Below, in pieces: positions 27,675-36,308 of a DNA stretch of 64,000 nt. The stretch is taken from NCBI GenBank assembly GCA_026392415.1, contig JAPLCC010000016.1, positions 2,503 to 66,502 of the forward strand, written 5' to 3'. Made by a program: the position numbers and the translations under genes. Under the pieces are notes generated by a model. The model had not been told where the DNA came from. It searched no databases and saw only the letters and a list, made by a program, of their open reading frames with translations. Positions within the stretch are counted from its first letter, which is position 1. Every line of letters starts with the position of its first letter. This stretch comes from Propionibacteriales bacterium. Lineage in GTDB: Bacteria; Actinomycetota; Actinomycetes; Propionibacteriales; Nocardioidaceae.

Positions 27675-29114
27675 ATGGAGGGAACGGACAGGCACAGACT
27701 TCAACGAGCAGTGGGCATCCTCATCTTCGGCACAGCTGCCGCAGGTGCCGGTCTGCTGGTGTGGTCGGTCTCGGACACGGCGAGCAGCGCCGCCGCACCG
27801 AAGGACGGCATCATCCTCGGCGCCTGGCACGTGCTCTACGACGCCCAGGCCCCCAGCCTCGCCACCCTGGCCGCGGCCGCCGGACTCGCGCTCCTGTTCG
27901 CCTCCGGAGTCGCGCTCCTCGAACGCCGGATCTCCAACCGGGCGCGTCGCAGCGACGACGGCCTGCGTCTCCCCCTGTCGCCGCGTCACGTCATGGCCGA
28001 CACCCGCGGGGTGTTCCACGGCGAGGTCACGTTGACCGTGCTGGTGCCCGCCCACAACGAGGAGGAGGCGATCGCCGCCACCCTGGCCTCGCTGTTCGCG
28101 CAGTCCTACCGGCCCCAGCGCGTCGTCGTCGTGGCCGACAATTGCACCGACGACACGGCCGCGATCGCCCGCCGATCGGGGGCCGAGGTCATCGAGAGCC
28201 GGGACAACGTCCACAAGAAGGCCGGCGCTCTCAACCAGGCGCTGGCCCGCATCCTGCCCGAGCTGGGCGAGAACGACCTCGTGATGGTGATGGACGCCGA
28301 CACCTCCCTGGACGAGGGTTTCCTCGCGGCGGCCGCACGTCGGATGACACAGGACCGTGGGTTGATGGCCATCGGCGGGCTGTTCTACGGCGAGTCCGGC
28401 AAGGGGCTGATCGGCCAGTTCCAGCGCAACGAGTACACGCGCTACGGCCGTGACCTCCGGCGTCGCCGGGGCCGGGTCTTCGTGCTCACCGGCACCGCCA
28501 CCGTGTTCCGGCCCCGGGCCCTGCGCACGGTTGCCGGGGAGCGCGGTCGGATGCTCCCGGGCGTTCCCGGAGACGTCTACGACACGCTCGTCCTCACCGA
28601 GGACAACGAGATCACCCTCGCGCTCAAGAGCCTCGGCGGTCTCGTCATCTCGCCGGCCGAATGCACCGTCGTCACCGAGGTGATGCCCACCTGGCGCGCG
28701 CTGTGGGTCCAGCGCCTGCGCTGGCAGCGCGGCGCCCTGGAGAACCTCGGCGCCTATGGCATGCGCCCGGCGACCTTCCGCTACTGGGCCCAGCAGCTCG
28801 GCATCGGCTACGGCGTCATCGCGTTGATGTCCTACCTGCTGATGATGGTGCTGATGTCGCTGTCCTTCGACGCCTGGGTGTGGTTCCCGTTCTGGCTCGG
28901 CACCGGCCTGGTCTTCACTGCCGAACGGGTCCTCACCGTCTGGCGTGGTGGCTGGCGGGCCCGCCTGCTGGCCGCGACCCTCTTCCCGGAGCTCTGCTAC
29001 GCACTCTTCCTCGACCTCGTCTACCTCAAGGGCATCCTCGACCTGTCGCTCGGCCGGACACCGAGCTGGCACTACGTCACCAAGGCGCCCACGAACCTGA
29101 AGGCGGCCGCCTGA
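27675..29114 (+). CDS. Processive GT2 glycosyltransferase (IcaA/PgaC/NodC-like)
   Basis: VLVPAHNEE, VVADNCTD, KAGALN, MDADT, LTED, QRLRW, C-terminal TMs. TATCGT lies 7 nt before the ATG (possible leaderless mRNA). Confidence 0.92.
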   Translation: MEGTDRHRLQRAVGILIFGTAAAGAGLLVWSVSDTASSAAAPKDGIILGAWHVLYDAQAPSLATLAAAAGLALLFASGVALLERRISNRARRSDDGLRLPLSPRHVMADTRGVFHGEVTLTVLVPAHNEEEAIAATLASLFAQSYRPQRVVVVADNCTDDTAAIARRSGAEVIESRDNVHKKAGALNQALARILPELGENDLVMVMDADTSLDEGFLAAAARRMTQDRGLMAIGGLFYGESGKGLIGQFQRNEYTRYGRDLRRRRGRVFVLTGTATVFRPRALRTVAGERGRMLPGVPGDVYDTLVLTEDNEITLALKSLGGLVISPAECTVVTEVMPTWRALWVQRLRWQRGALENLGAYGMRPATFRYWAQQLGIGYGVIALMSYLLMMVLMSLSFDAWVWFPFWLGTGLVFTAERVLTVWRGGWRARLLAATLFPELCYALFLDLVYLKGILDLSLGRTPSWHYVTKAPTNLKAAA

Positions 29115-29332
29115 TGACCACCCTGCTGTCGTCGCTCGGGATCCTGTTCCCCGAGACCCTCGTGCGGTCCCAACCGTTCGCGATCCTTGCAGCCTTCGTC
29201 GCGATCAACACCGTCATCTACGTCGCGCTCACCGTCGCCAAGGCGATGCCGAAGATCTACTTCGGTGACTACCTGCCCCGCAAGTACGAGCGTTCGGAGA
29301 CCCGGAGCATCCACCCCGACGGATCGCGCTAG
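29114..29332 (+). CDS. Small membrane protein (72 aa) coupled to GT2
   Basis: TGATG overlap with the GT2 stop. One long hydrophobic segment (FAILAAFVAINTVIYVALTVA) and a charged tail. Confidence 0.75.
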   Translation: MTTLLSSLGILFPETLVRSQPFAILAAFVAINTVIYVALTVAKAMPKIYFGDYLPRKYERSETRSIHPDGSR

Positions 29333-29519
29333 GTCTCGAGACGGGCCGCGAGACGGCCCTCCTCGACCAACGCCGGACCGCACGTTGGTCGAGGAGGTTG
29401 CGAAGCAACCGTCTCGAGACCCCAGCACGCACGTTGGTCGAGGAGGTTGCGAAGCAACCGTCTCGAGACCCCGGCACGCACGTTGGTCGAGGAGGTTGCG
29501 TAGCAACCGTCTCGAGACC
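29332..29519. repeat. REP-like array (GGAG family): one unit plus three inverted tandem copies
   Basis: Unit 29332-29372, then the 39-nt cgttggtcgaGGAGgttgc-gNa-gcaaccgtctcgagacc at 29383, 29432 and 29481 (49-bp period, near-identical 10-nt linkers). Confidence 0.9.
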
Positions 29520-29531
29520 CCCGGCACGTGC

Positions 29532-30569
29532 CTACTTGCTCGAGGCCTCCGCAAGCAGCTTGATCAGTTCCGGCATGCCGCCGGACCACTTGAAGCTGAG
29601 GGCGGTCGGCGGCGAGACCGCCGAGATCCGCGTCCGGCCGACGACCTGGGCGACACCGCCGTCCTTGACGGCAGGGATGGCCAATGCCTTCTGGTCCTTC
29701 AGGAAGGCGCCGGCCTGCTTGTCGTCGTCGAAGTACGTGACCACGACGTCGGCGTCGATCTTGTCGGCCTGCTCCCAGCTGAGCTCGTAGTAGAAACCAC
29801 CGTCGGAGGTGTCCAGCTCCGCGACACTCGGCGCCACGTCGAAGCCGAGCTTGGTCAGGATCGCCAGTCGCGGGTCGAGCTCGGTGTACGGCGAGATCGT
29901 GCTCGGCCCCGGGTAGAGCGCCGCGATCGTCTTGTCGGCGAACTCCGGGTGCTTCTCCGCCTCGTCGGCGAGGAAGCTGTCGATGTCGGCGAGGATCTTG
30001 TCACCGTGGGCGCTTCGTCCCAGCGCCTTCGCGGTGATCTTGATCGTGTCCTGCCACGTCGTCGTCCAGGCGGCGTCGGGGTACGCGACCGTCGGGGCGA
30101 TCTCGTTGAGCTGCTTGAACTGGTCCTCGGTGATGCCGGAGTACGGCGCGAGGATCAGGTCGGGCTTGGCGGCGATGAACTCGTCGTAGGGCACGGTCGC
30201 GCCGGAGCCGTCGTCGGGGAGCAGCGCCGGGTGCTCGACGCCCTTGGCGTCATACGCCTCCTCGACCCACGGGAGGAGGTTGCCCTTGCCGACGGTCCAC
30301 AGCTGCTCAGCGATCGCGACCGGGTAGACCCCGGAGGCGATGGCGGCCTCGGTCGATCCCCAGCCCCAGGTCGCCACCCGCTGGGGCTCTTCGGTGATCT
30401 CGGTCGTGCCGAAGGCGTGCTCGATGGTGATCGGGAACGTGTCGGTGACGTCCAGCGTGGTGGTGCCGGAGTCCTTGTCGTCGCTCTCCTGGCCGCAGGC
30501 AGCCAGGGTCAGCACGGTCGCCATGCCTGCGACGAGCGCAGTGGTCCGGCGGAAGGCACGTGTACGCAC
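29532..30569 (-). CDS. Iron-siderophore ABC transporter substrate-binding lipoprotein
   Basis: Lipobox LAAC, TIEHAFGTTEI...PQRVAT, KPDLIL, LNEIAPTVAY. Confidence 0.93.
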   Translation of the reverse strand: MRTRAFRRTTALVAGMATVLTLAACGQESDDKDSGTTTLDVTDTFPITIEHAFGTTEITEEPQRVATWGWGSTEAAIASGVYPVAIAEQLWTVGKGNLLPWVEEAYDAKGVEHPALLPDDGSGATVPYDEFIAAKPDLILAPYSGITEDQFKQLNEIAPTVAYPDAAWTTTWQDTIKITAKALGRSAHGDKILADIDSFLADEAEKHPEFADKTIAALYPGPSTISPYTELDPRLAILTKLGFDVAPSVAELDTSDGGFYYELSWEQADKIDADVVVTYFDDDKQAGAFLKDQKALAIPAVKDGGVAQVVGRTRISAVSPPTALSFKWSGGMPELIKLLAEASSK

Positions 30570-30599
30570 GTGTCTCTCCTCATTCTCTCGGGATTGGAA

Positions 30600-30618
30600 T
30601 AAGGAAAGCCTAACCTAA
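30600..30618. promoter_or_regulatory. IdeR/DtxR (DmdR1) iron box upstream of the binding-protein gene
   Basis: taaggaaagcctaacctaa: 18/19 to TWAGGTWAGSCTWACCTWA. Confidence 0.85.
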
Positions 30619-31422
30619 CTAGACACCCACTCCACGGCGGGTCCGCCCCTTGGGCACGACGAGGGGTCCGCCGGTCACGGGGTCGGCGATCACCTCGGCG
30701 TCGAGGCCGAATGCCTCGCGCACCGAGCCGACCGTCAGGACGTCGGCCGGAGCACCCTGCGCGGCGATCCGCCCACCGGACATCACGACCATGTGGTCGG
30801 CGTACCGGGCGGCGTGGTTGAGCTCGTGCAGCACCATCACCACGGTCGTGCCGCGCTCGGCATTGAGGTCGCTGAGCAGGTCGAGCAGCTCGAGCTGATG
30901 GGTCACGTCGAGGTAGGTCGTCGGTTCGTCGAGCAGCACCGCGTCGGTCTCCTGGGCGAGCACCATCGCGATCCACACACGCTGGCGCTGTCCGCCCGAA
31001 AGCTCCTCGAGCCGTCGCTCGGCCAGGTCTGCCACACCCGTGGCCTGCAGTGAGCGCATCACGACGGCGTCGTCATTGCTGCTGTGGCGGCCGAACCAGC
31101 CCTGGTGCGGGAACCGGCCGCGGCCGACGAGCTCCGCGACCCGTACGCCGTCGGGTGCGATCGAGGCCTGCGGCAGCACACCGACCAGCCGGGCGAGATC
31201 ACGGCGCGACAGCGCGCCGATGTCCTTGCCGTCGATGCGCACGGCGCCGCCGCTCAGCGGATGCAGTCGGGCCAGGCCACGCAGCAGCGTCGACTTGCCA
31301 CAGGCATTGGGACCGACGATCGCCGTCACCTTCCCCGGCGGGAGCTCGAGGTCGAGGTTCTTGATGACGGGGTGCCCCTTGTAGCCGAGGGACACGCCCT
31401 CGGCGGTGATGGCCGTGCTCAT
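30619..31422 (-). CDS. Iron-siderophore ABC transporter ATPase (FepC/FhuC-like)
   Basis: GPNACGKST, GRFPHQGWF, LSGGQRQRVWIAMVLAQET, LLDEPTTYLD. ATG at 31422. Confidence 0.95.
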   Translation of the reverse strand: MSTAITAEGVSLGYKGHPVIKNLDLELPPGKVTAIVGPNACGKSTLLRGLARLHPLSGGAVRIDGKDIGALSRRDLARLVGVLPQASIAPDGVRVAELVGRGRFPHQGWFGRHSSNDDAVVMRSLQATGVADLAERRLEELSGGQRQRVWIAMVLAQETDAVLLDEPTTYLDVTHQLELLDLLSDLNAERGTTVVMVLHELNHAARYADHMVVMSGGRIAAQGAPADVLTVGSVREAFGLDAEVIADPVTGGPLVVPKGRTRRGVGV

Positions 31423-32456
31423 GGCGTCGCCTTTCGTTCGCTTCGGGCCAGCAGCCACAACAGGTAGGGCGCGCCGACGAGCCCGGTCACGATGCCGACC
31501 GGGGCGGTGATTCCTCCGGGGAGTGCGTACTGGCCCACGACGTCGGAGAGCATCGTGAGCGCGCCGCCGACCACGCAGGACGCGACCAGCGCCGGTCCTC
31601 CGTCGTCGACCAGTCGCCGGGCGATCGCCGGCGCGACGAGCGCCACGAACGCGATCGGTCCTGCCACCGCAGTGGCCAGCGCCACCAGGCCGACGCCGAT
31701 CAGCAGGGCCAGCACCCGTGAGCGGGTCGGCCCGAGCCCGAGCCCCTGCGCATGGTCGTCGCCCAGTGCCAGGGCTCGCTGCTGCCGGGCGATCGGAACC
31801 GTCAGCAGCACCAGGGCGGTGACCCCGAACGCGAGGATGCCGAGCGTCCCTTCGCGGATGTCGGCCACACTGCCCACGGTCCACAGCAGCACGGTCCCGC
31901 CCTCGCGCTCGTCGGCCTCGGAGAGCCGCCAGGAGATCAGGGAGCCGCACAGGTAGGCGATGCCGACGCCGACGAGGACGAACCGGATGCCGTGCAGGCC
32001 GTTGCGCCAGGCCAGCGCCCAGACCGCCACGGCCGCCGCGAGCGCCCCCGCTCCGGCGGCGAGGTTCACCGTGGTGCCGGCGGCGCCGTACCCGACGACC
32101 GCGGTGACCGCCCCCAGCGACGCGCCTCCGGAGATGCCGAGGATGTCGGGGCTGGCGAGGTTGTTGCGCAGCGTCGACTGGAAGAGTGCACCCGCCAGAC
32201 CGAAGGCCACGCCCGCGAGGATCGCGGCCAGGCCGCGCGGCAGCCGCAGGTCCCGGACGACGAGCAGGTCGAACCGGTCCCCCACTCCGAACAGCGCCGG
32301 GAAGGAACGTGCGGGAGGTACGCCGGCGGCGCCGAGGCCGAACGTCATCAACAACAGGACCACACACAGGGCCGCGCCGACCGCGACGACGCCCAGCGTG
32401 CGGAGGCGATGCCGGCGGCGGATCCGGGCGATCGTGCTCAGCTCGAGGGTGCTCAC
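31419..32456 (-). CDS. Iron-siderophore ABC permease (FepG/FecD-like)
   Basis: LRLPRGLAAIL, RNNLASPDILGISGGA, LALGDDHAQGLG, GPIAFVAL. GTGA overlap with the upstream permease. Confidence 0.93.
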   Translation of the reverse strand: MSTLELSTIARIRRRHRLRTLGVVAVGAALCVVLLLMTFGLGAAGVPPARSFPALFGVGDRFDLLVVRDLRLPRGLAAILAGVAFGLAGALFQSTLRNNLASPDILGISGGASLGAVTAVVGYGAAGTTVNLAAGAGALAAAVAVWALAWRNGLHGIRFVLVGVGIAYLCGSLISWRLSEADEREGGTVLLWTVGSVADIREGTLGILAFGVTALVLLTVPIARQQRALALGDDHAQGLGLGPTRSRVLALLIGVGLVALATAVAGPIAFVALVAPAIARRLVDDGGPALVASCVVGGALTMLSDVVGQYALPGGITAPVGIVTGLVGAPYLLWLLARSERKATP

Positions 32457-33484
32457 AGGCCGGCCACCCGTCGTCCGCGGGCAACGGCGATCAGCACCGG
32501 GGCGCCGATGATGGCGGCCACGACTCCCGCTTCGAGCTCGTCGGACTTCACGAGGCGTCCGATGATGTCGGCGGCCAGCAGCATGACCGGGCCGAGCAGT
32601 GCACACAGCGGGACGATCCAGCGGTAGTCCGTGCCGACCAGGCGACGGGCAGCGTGCGGGACCGCGAGGCCGACGAGCGCGATCGGCCCGGCAAGTGCGG
32701 TCGCCGTACCGGCGAGGCAGATGATGGCCAGTCCGGCGACCGCGCGTGTGGTGCCGACGCTCTGTCCGAGCGCGGCAGCGACGTCGTCTCCGAGTGCCAG
32801 GCCGTTGAGCCGGTGCGCCGTGAACAGGCTGATGACAGCACCCACGACGATGAAGGGCCAGAGCACCTCGACGGCGGCGATGTCGCGACCGTTCAGCGCT
32901 CCGACGGCCCAGAACCGGAGCTGGTTGAAGGCGTCGATGTCCCGGAAGAGCACCAGGTTGGAGATCGGGGTGAGCAGCGCCGTCAGTGTGGCTCCCGCGA
33001 GAGCCAGCTGGACCGGACGGCCGTGGCCGATGGCGAAGACCGTGACGGCGGCGAGCGCGGCACCGAGGAAGGCGAACCACACGGCACCGACCGGCGAGAT
33101 GACCCCGAACGCTGTCGCTGCGACCACGATCCCGAGCGCAGCCCCCGCGTTGAGACCGAGCAGTCCGGGGTCGGCCAGCGGGTTGCGGGTGATCCCCTGG
33201 GCCAGGACGCCGGCCAGGCCCAAAGCGACGCCGGCGAGCAGGGCGATGATCGTGCGGGGAACCCGCTGCCCGCGGATCACTGCATGGTCGACGTTGCCGA
33301 CGACCGGATCGGTCAGCGCGCGCCAGGACTCTCCGACGGCGACCTCGCGCACGCCCAGCGCGAGGCTCAGCACGACACCCACCAGGACCAGCACCAGCGC
33401 CGCCACGAGGACTGCGACGCGGCGCGAGGCGCCGGACGTGACGATGGCAGGCGCGCGCACCGGCGCCTCAACCAAGGTATGCAT
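32453..33484 (-). CDS. Iron-siderophore ABC permease (FepD/FecC-like)
   Basis: RVPRTIIALLAG, TRNPLADPGLLGLNAGA, LALGDDVAAALG, GPIALVGLAVPH. Confidence 0.93.
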   Translation of the reverse strand: MHTLVEAPVRAPAIVTSGASRRVAVLVAALVLVLVGVVLSLALGVREVAVGESWRALTDPVVGNVDHAVIRGQRVPRTIIALLAGVALGLAGVLAQGITRNPLADPGLLGLNAGAALGIVVAATAFGVISPVGAVWFAFLGAALAAVTVFAIGHGRPVQLALAGATLTALLTPISNLVLFRDIDAFNQLRFWAVGALNGRDIAAVEVLWPFIVVGAVISLFTAHRLNGLALGDDVAAALGQSVGTTRAVAGLAIICLAGTATALAGPIALVGLAVPHAARRLVGTDYRWIVPLCALLGPVMLLAADIIGRLVKSDELEAGVVAAIIGAPVLIAVARGRRVAGL

Positions 33485-33491
33485 AACCTAA
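33473..33491. promoter_or_regulatory. IdeR/DtxR iron box at the start of the ABC operon
   Basis: caaggtatgcataacctaa: 16/19 to consensus. Overlaps a TAGGTT -10-like hexamer and the first in-frame ATG on the minus strand. Confidence 0.75.
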
Positions 33492-33511
33492 CAATCGCAC
33501 AGGGGGTGCGA

Positions 33512-33550
33512 CGTTGGTCGAGGAGGTTGCGCAGCAACCGTCTCGAGACC
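33512..33550. repeat. Single REP-like unit (GGAG family)
   Basis: cgttggtcgaggaggttgcgcagcaaccgtctcgagacc: 38/39 identical to the copies at 29383-29519, same orientation. Confidence 0.9.
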
Positions 33551-33551
33551 G

Positions 33552-35597
33552 CTACGAAGCCGGCGTCGTCTCCTTCTTCGCAGACACTCCCGACGCGCCC
33601 GCCGCCGAAGCGAACAGCCAGCCGTAGAAGGCCAGCAACGCAAGCCAGGACGCGATCACCACGCCGTACATCGTGGTCCACAGCCAGACCGGCACGTCCG
33701 GCTTGCGCTCACGCTGCAACAGGAAGGGTTCGTGGACGAAGGCGACCGAGGTGTTGTTGTCGGCCAGCACCAGTCCCGATGCGGGGCCGTCGATGGCGGG
33801 GTCCTCCGGCATGTGCACCGGGATCGAGACCATCGTGGTCGGTGCGAGGTGCAGCCGGACCAGCACCTTCCAGCCTCCGTAGATCGGCAGCGGCTCGGAG
33901 CTGCGGAACTCGCCACGGCGACCCGTCGGGTCCATGGCGACGCTGAGCACCCCGTTGCCGGGCACGTTCGGGTCGTCCTCCCGCTCCCCCTGGTAGGCGA
34001 GCGCGGAGAGCCACACGGCGTCGTCGGCCGCATCGACCGGATCGGTCAGGACGGTCACCACGGTCGTGCAGCCGTCGGTCCCGGCGCACTCGTCCGCGTA
34101 GGTCACCCGACCGGTGATCACGTCGGTACCTGCGACGGGCTCGTAGGTCGTACGGCAACCATCGCCGTCGCAGTCCTTGACCACGTCGACCTCTCCCGCG
34201 CTCGTCGGTGGCGCGAAGATCGCCATCAGGACGACGAACGCGAGGGTGCCGGCCGTTCCTGCCCACCGTCCCCGCGCATCCATGCCCTCCCGCAGCGGAG
34301 CGGACTCCACCGGCAGGTCGGCGATCTGCTCCAGGTGACGGGCGAAGGACCAGCCGAGCAGGCCGCCACCGAGAGCCGCGACCCCTCCGACGGCGAGCAT
34401 CAGCGGCATCTGCTGGGTGTCCGGCGGCAGGGGGTACGGCAGGAACAGGTCCATCCACCACCACTCCGTCGCCAGCCCCACGGTGCCGGCCAGCAGGCCG
34501 CCGGTCGCTGCGAACAGCGGGCCGCGGTTGCGCACGACCAGGGCCAGTGCCTCGATGCTCAACGCGGCGCCGAGGAACAACAGCCAGTGGGCACGGTGGA
34601 TGTCCGGCACGGGCAGCGTGATCGCGTAGATCAGGAGGCGGACGCCGGTGTAGGTGAGCCAGGCGACCAGGGCGCCGCCGGGACCGAAGAGCAGGCGGCC
34701 GGCAGTGAAGATCCAGGCCGTCAGGAAGCCGGAGATGATGAACATGGTCGCGGCCGGGAACTGCGGGATCCCGAGGTCGAACTCCATCAGGAAACCGACC
34801 GGGATGATGCACAGACCGACGACGATCGTCAGGAAGAGGCGTGTCGCCCAGGCGCTACGGTCCGCGAGCACGCTCGGCGGCGCCTCGCGTCGTACGGGCG
34901 GCAGGATCCGGCCGAACAGTCGCAGCCCACCGGTCGCCAGGGCACCGAACGGCAACCATCGAACGGCCGGCGCGCGGCCGACCTGGGCACCCTCGGCGTA
35001 CAGCAGGGGCAGGGCCAGGATGCAGGTGACGGCACCGCCGATCATCATCACGTGCGTGGGACCCCACTCGGTGACGTCCTGGCCGAAGAGGCGGTGCCAG
35101 ACGTCGTCGGCGGGGAATCCCGCGGCGGCGATCAGGCCGGCACCGAGCAGGACGAGCGTGCCCATCGGAACCCGCCACTGCGGCGTGAGCCGGACGGTAC
35201 GCCGCGGCAGGGGCGCCTTGGCCAGGCCGGCGGAGATCACGCCGGCGGCCAGGAAGCCGAAGATGCCGAGCATGATCGGGAAGTGCGACGGGTTGGCCAG
35301 GGGGCCTTCGTCGCGCCCGACCTGCATGTGGATCGGGACGTCCCAGTAGACGCCGAAGGCACACGAGATGAGCGAGACCAGGGCGAGGTAGCTCGGCAGC
35401 CCGGCCCACCGCGGCAGTCCGTCGACGGCGGCGACCCGGTCGGCGAGGCGACCGAGGAAGGTGGTCTTCCCGTCGCGCTCACGCATCAGGAAGATCCCGA
35501 TCGGGATGTAGATGACGGCGAAGGCCGCGGCCGCGATCAGGACCTGATCGAAGGCGGCTCCACCGGTCGGTGGCGACTGTTCCACTGCAAGCACCAT
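33552..35597 (-). CDS. Uncharacterised polytopic membrane protein with two DxxxH...P[ST]H motifs and an extracytoplasmic domain
   Basis: 681 aa, GGAGG RBS, about 12 hydrophobic segments, a ~170-aa acidic soluble domain with two Cys pairs, final TM helix. Confidence 0.85.
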   Translation of the reverse strand: MVLAVEQSPPTGGAAFDQVLIAAAAFAVIYIPIGIFLMRERDGKTTFLGRLADRVAAVDGLPRWAGLPSYLALVSLISCAFGVYWDVPIHMQVGRDEGPLANPSHFPIMLGIFGFLAAGVISAGLAKAPLPRRTVRLTPQWRVPMGTLVLLGAGLIAAAGFPADDVWHRLFGQDVTEWGPTHVMMIGGAVTCILALPLLYAEGAQVGRAPAVRWLPFGALATGGLRLFGRILPPVRREAPPSVLADRSAWATRLFLTIVVGLCIIPVGFLMEFDLGIPQFPAATMFIISGFLTAWIFTAGRLLFGPGGALVAWLTYTGVRLLIYAITLPVPDIHRAHWLLFLGAALSIEALALVVRNRGPLFAATGGLLAGTVGLATEWWWMDLFLPYPLPPDTQQMPLMLAVGGVAALGGGLLGWSFARHLEQIADLPVESAPLREGMDARGRWAGTAGTLAFVVLMAIFAPPTSAGEVDVVKDCDGDGCRTTYEPVAGTDVITGRVTYADECAGTDGCTTVVTVLTDPVDAADDAVWLSALAYQGEREDDPNVPGNGVLSVAMDPTGRRGEFRSSEPLPIYGGWKVLVRLHLAPTTMVSIPVHMPEDPAIDGPASGLVLADNNTSVAFVHEPFLLQRERKPDVPVWLWTTMYGVVIASWLALLAFYGWLFASAAGASGVSAKKETTPAS

Positions 35598-35670
35598 TGC
35601 CTCACACCTCCACTGGGGTGAGCTGAACGCTACCGGGCGTAACAGGTAGTTGGACAGCGAATCGCGAGGG

Positions 35671-36219
35671 TCAGGACAGCAGGATCCGCAGCCCGATCGC
35701 GATGAGGATCAGGCCGCCGACGAGGGTCGCCCAGCGACCGAGTCGCTCCCCCACCCGGCTGCCGATGAAGACCGCGGCCAGCGAGAGCGCGAAGGTCACG
35801 ACACCGATGATCGCGCCGCCCGGCGCCACGTCCACCTCCAGGACGCCGAACGTGACGCCCACGGCCGCCGCATCGATCGAGGTGGCGATCGCCAGCGGGA
35901 GCACGGACCGGACGGTCACCGTGCGCACGGTGTGCTCGTCGCCGTCGTCACCGAACGAGTCCCACACCATCTTCGCGCCGATCAGGCCCAGCAGTCCGAA
36001 TGCGATCCACGGGGTGGCCGTCTCGACCGCGTCCGCGAACCAGAACGCGAGCACCCAGCCGAGCACCGGCATCAGCCCCTGGAACAGGCCGAACATGCCG
36101 GCCATCAGGAGGGCATCGCGCCAGCGCGGGCGCCGCAACTGGAGTCCCTCGGCGAGAGAGACAGCCACCGCGTCCATCGCCAGCGCGAACGCGAGGACGA
36201 CGAGTTCGAGGGTGGTCAC
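35671..36219 (-). CDS. mntP: Manganese efflux pump MntP
   Basis: LALAMDAVAVS-type motif (FALAMDAVAVS), FQGLMPVLGW, AIATSIDAAAVG, GGLILIAIG. Confidence 0.93.
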   Translation of the reverse strand: MTTLELVVLAFALAMDAVAVSLAEGLQLRRPRWRDALLMAGMFGLFQGLMPVLGWVLAFWFADAVETATPWIAFGLLGLIGAKMVWDSFGDDGDEHTVRTVTVRSVLPLAIATSIDAAAVGVTFGVLEVDVAPGGAIIGVVTFALSLAAVFIGSRVGERLGRWATLVGGLILIAIGLRILLS

Positions 36220-36257
36220 GACGCTTTCCGTTTCGTGCGAGTGGGGCCGGTGAGGCC

Positions 36258-36308
36258 AAAAAGAAGGGGTCGGGCTGCGACCTCTGGGGGGGTCGGTCGC
36301 AGCCCGAC
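36258..36308 (-). terminator. Intrinsic terminator between glnE and mntP
   Basis: Perfect 14-bp stem (36269-36282 / 36295-36308), 12-nt loop, followed on the minus strand by cccttcttttt. Confidence 0.85.

Noticed and set aside
29332-29519. CRISPR array
   Set aside because: Linkers are only 10 nt and nearly identical, one unit is inverted, copies are dispersed elsewhere, and there are no cas genes. This is a REP-type repeat.
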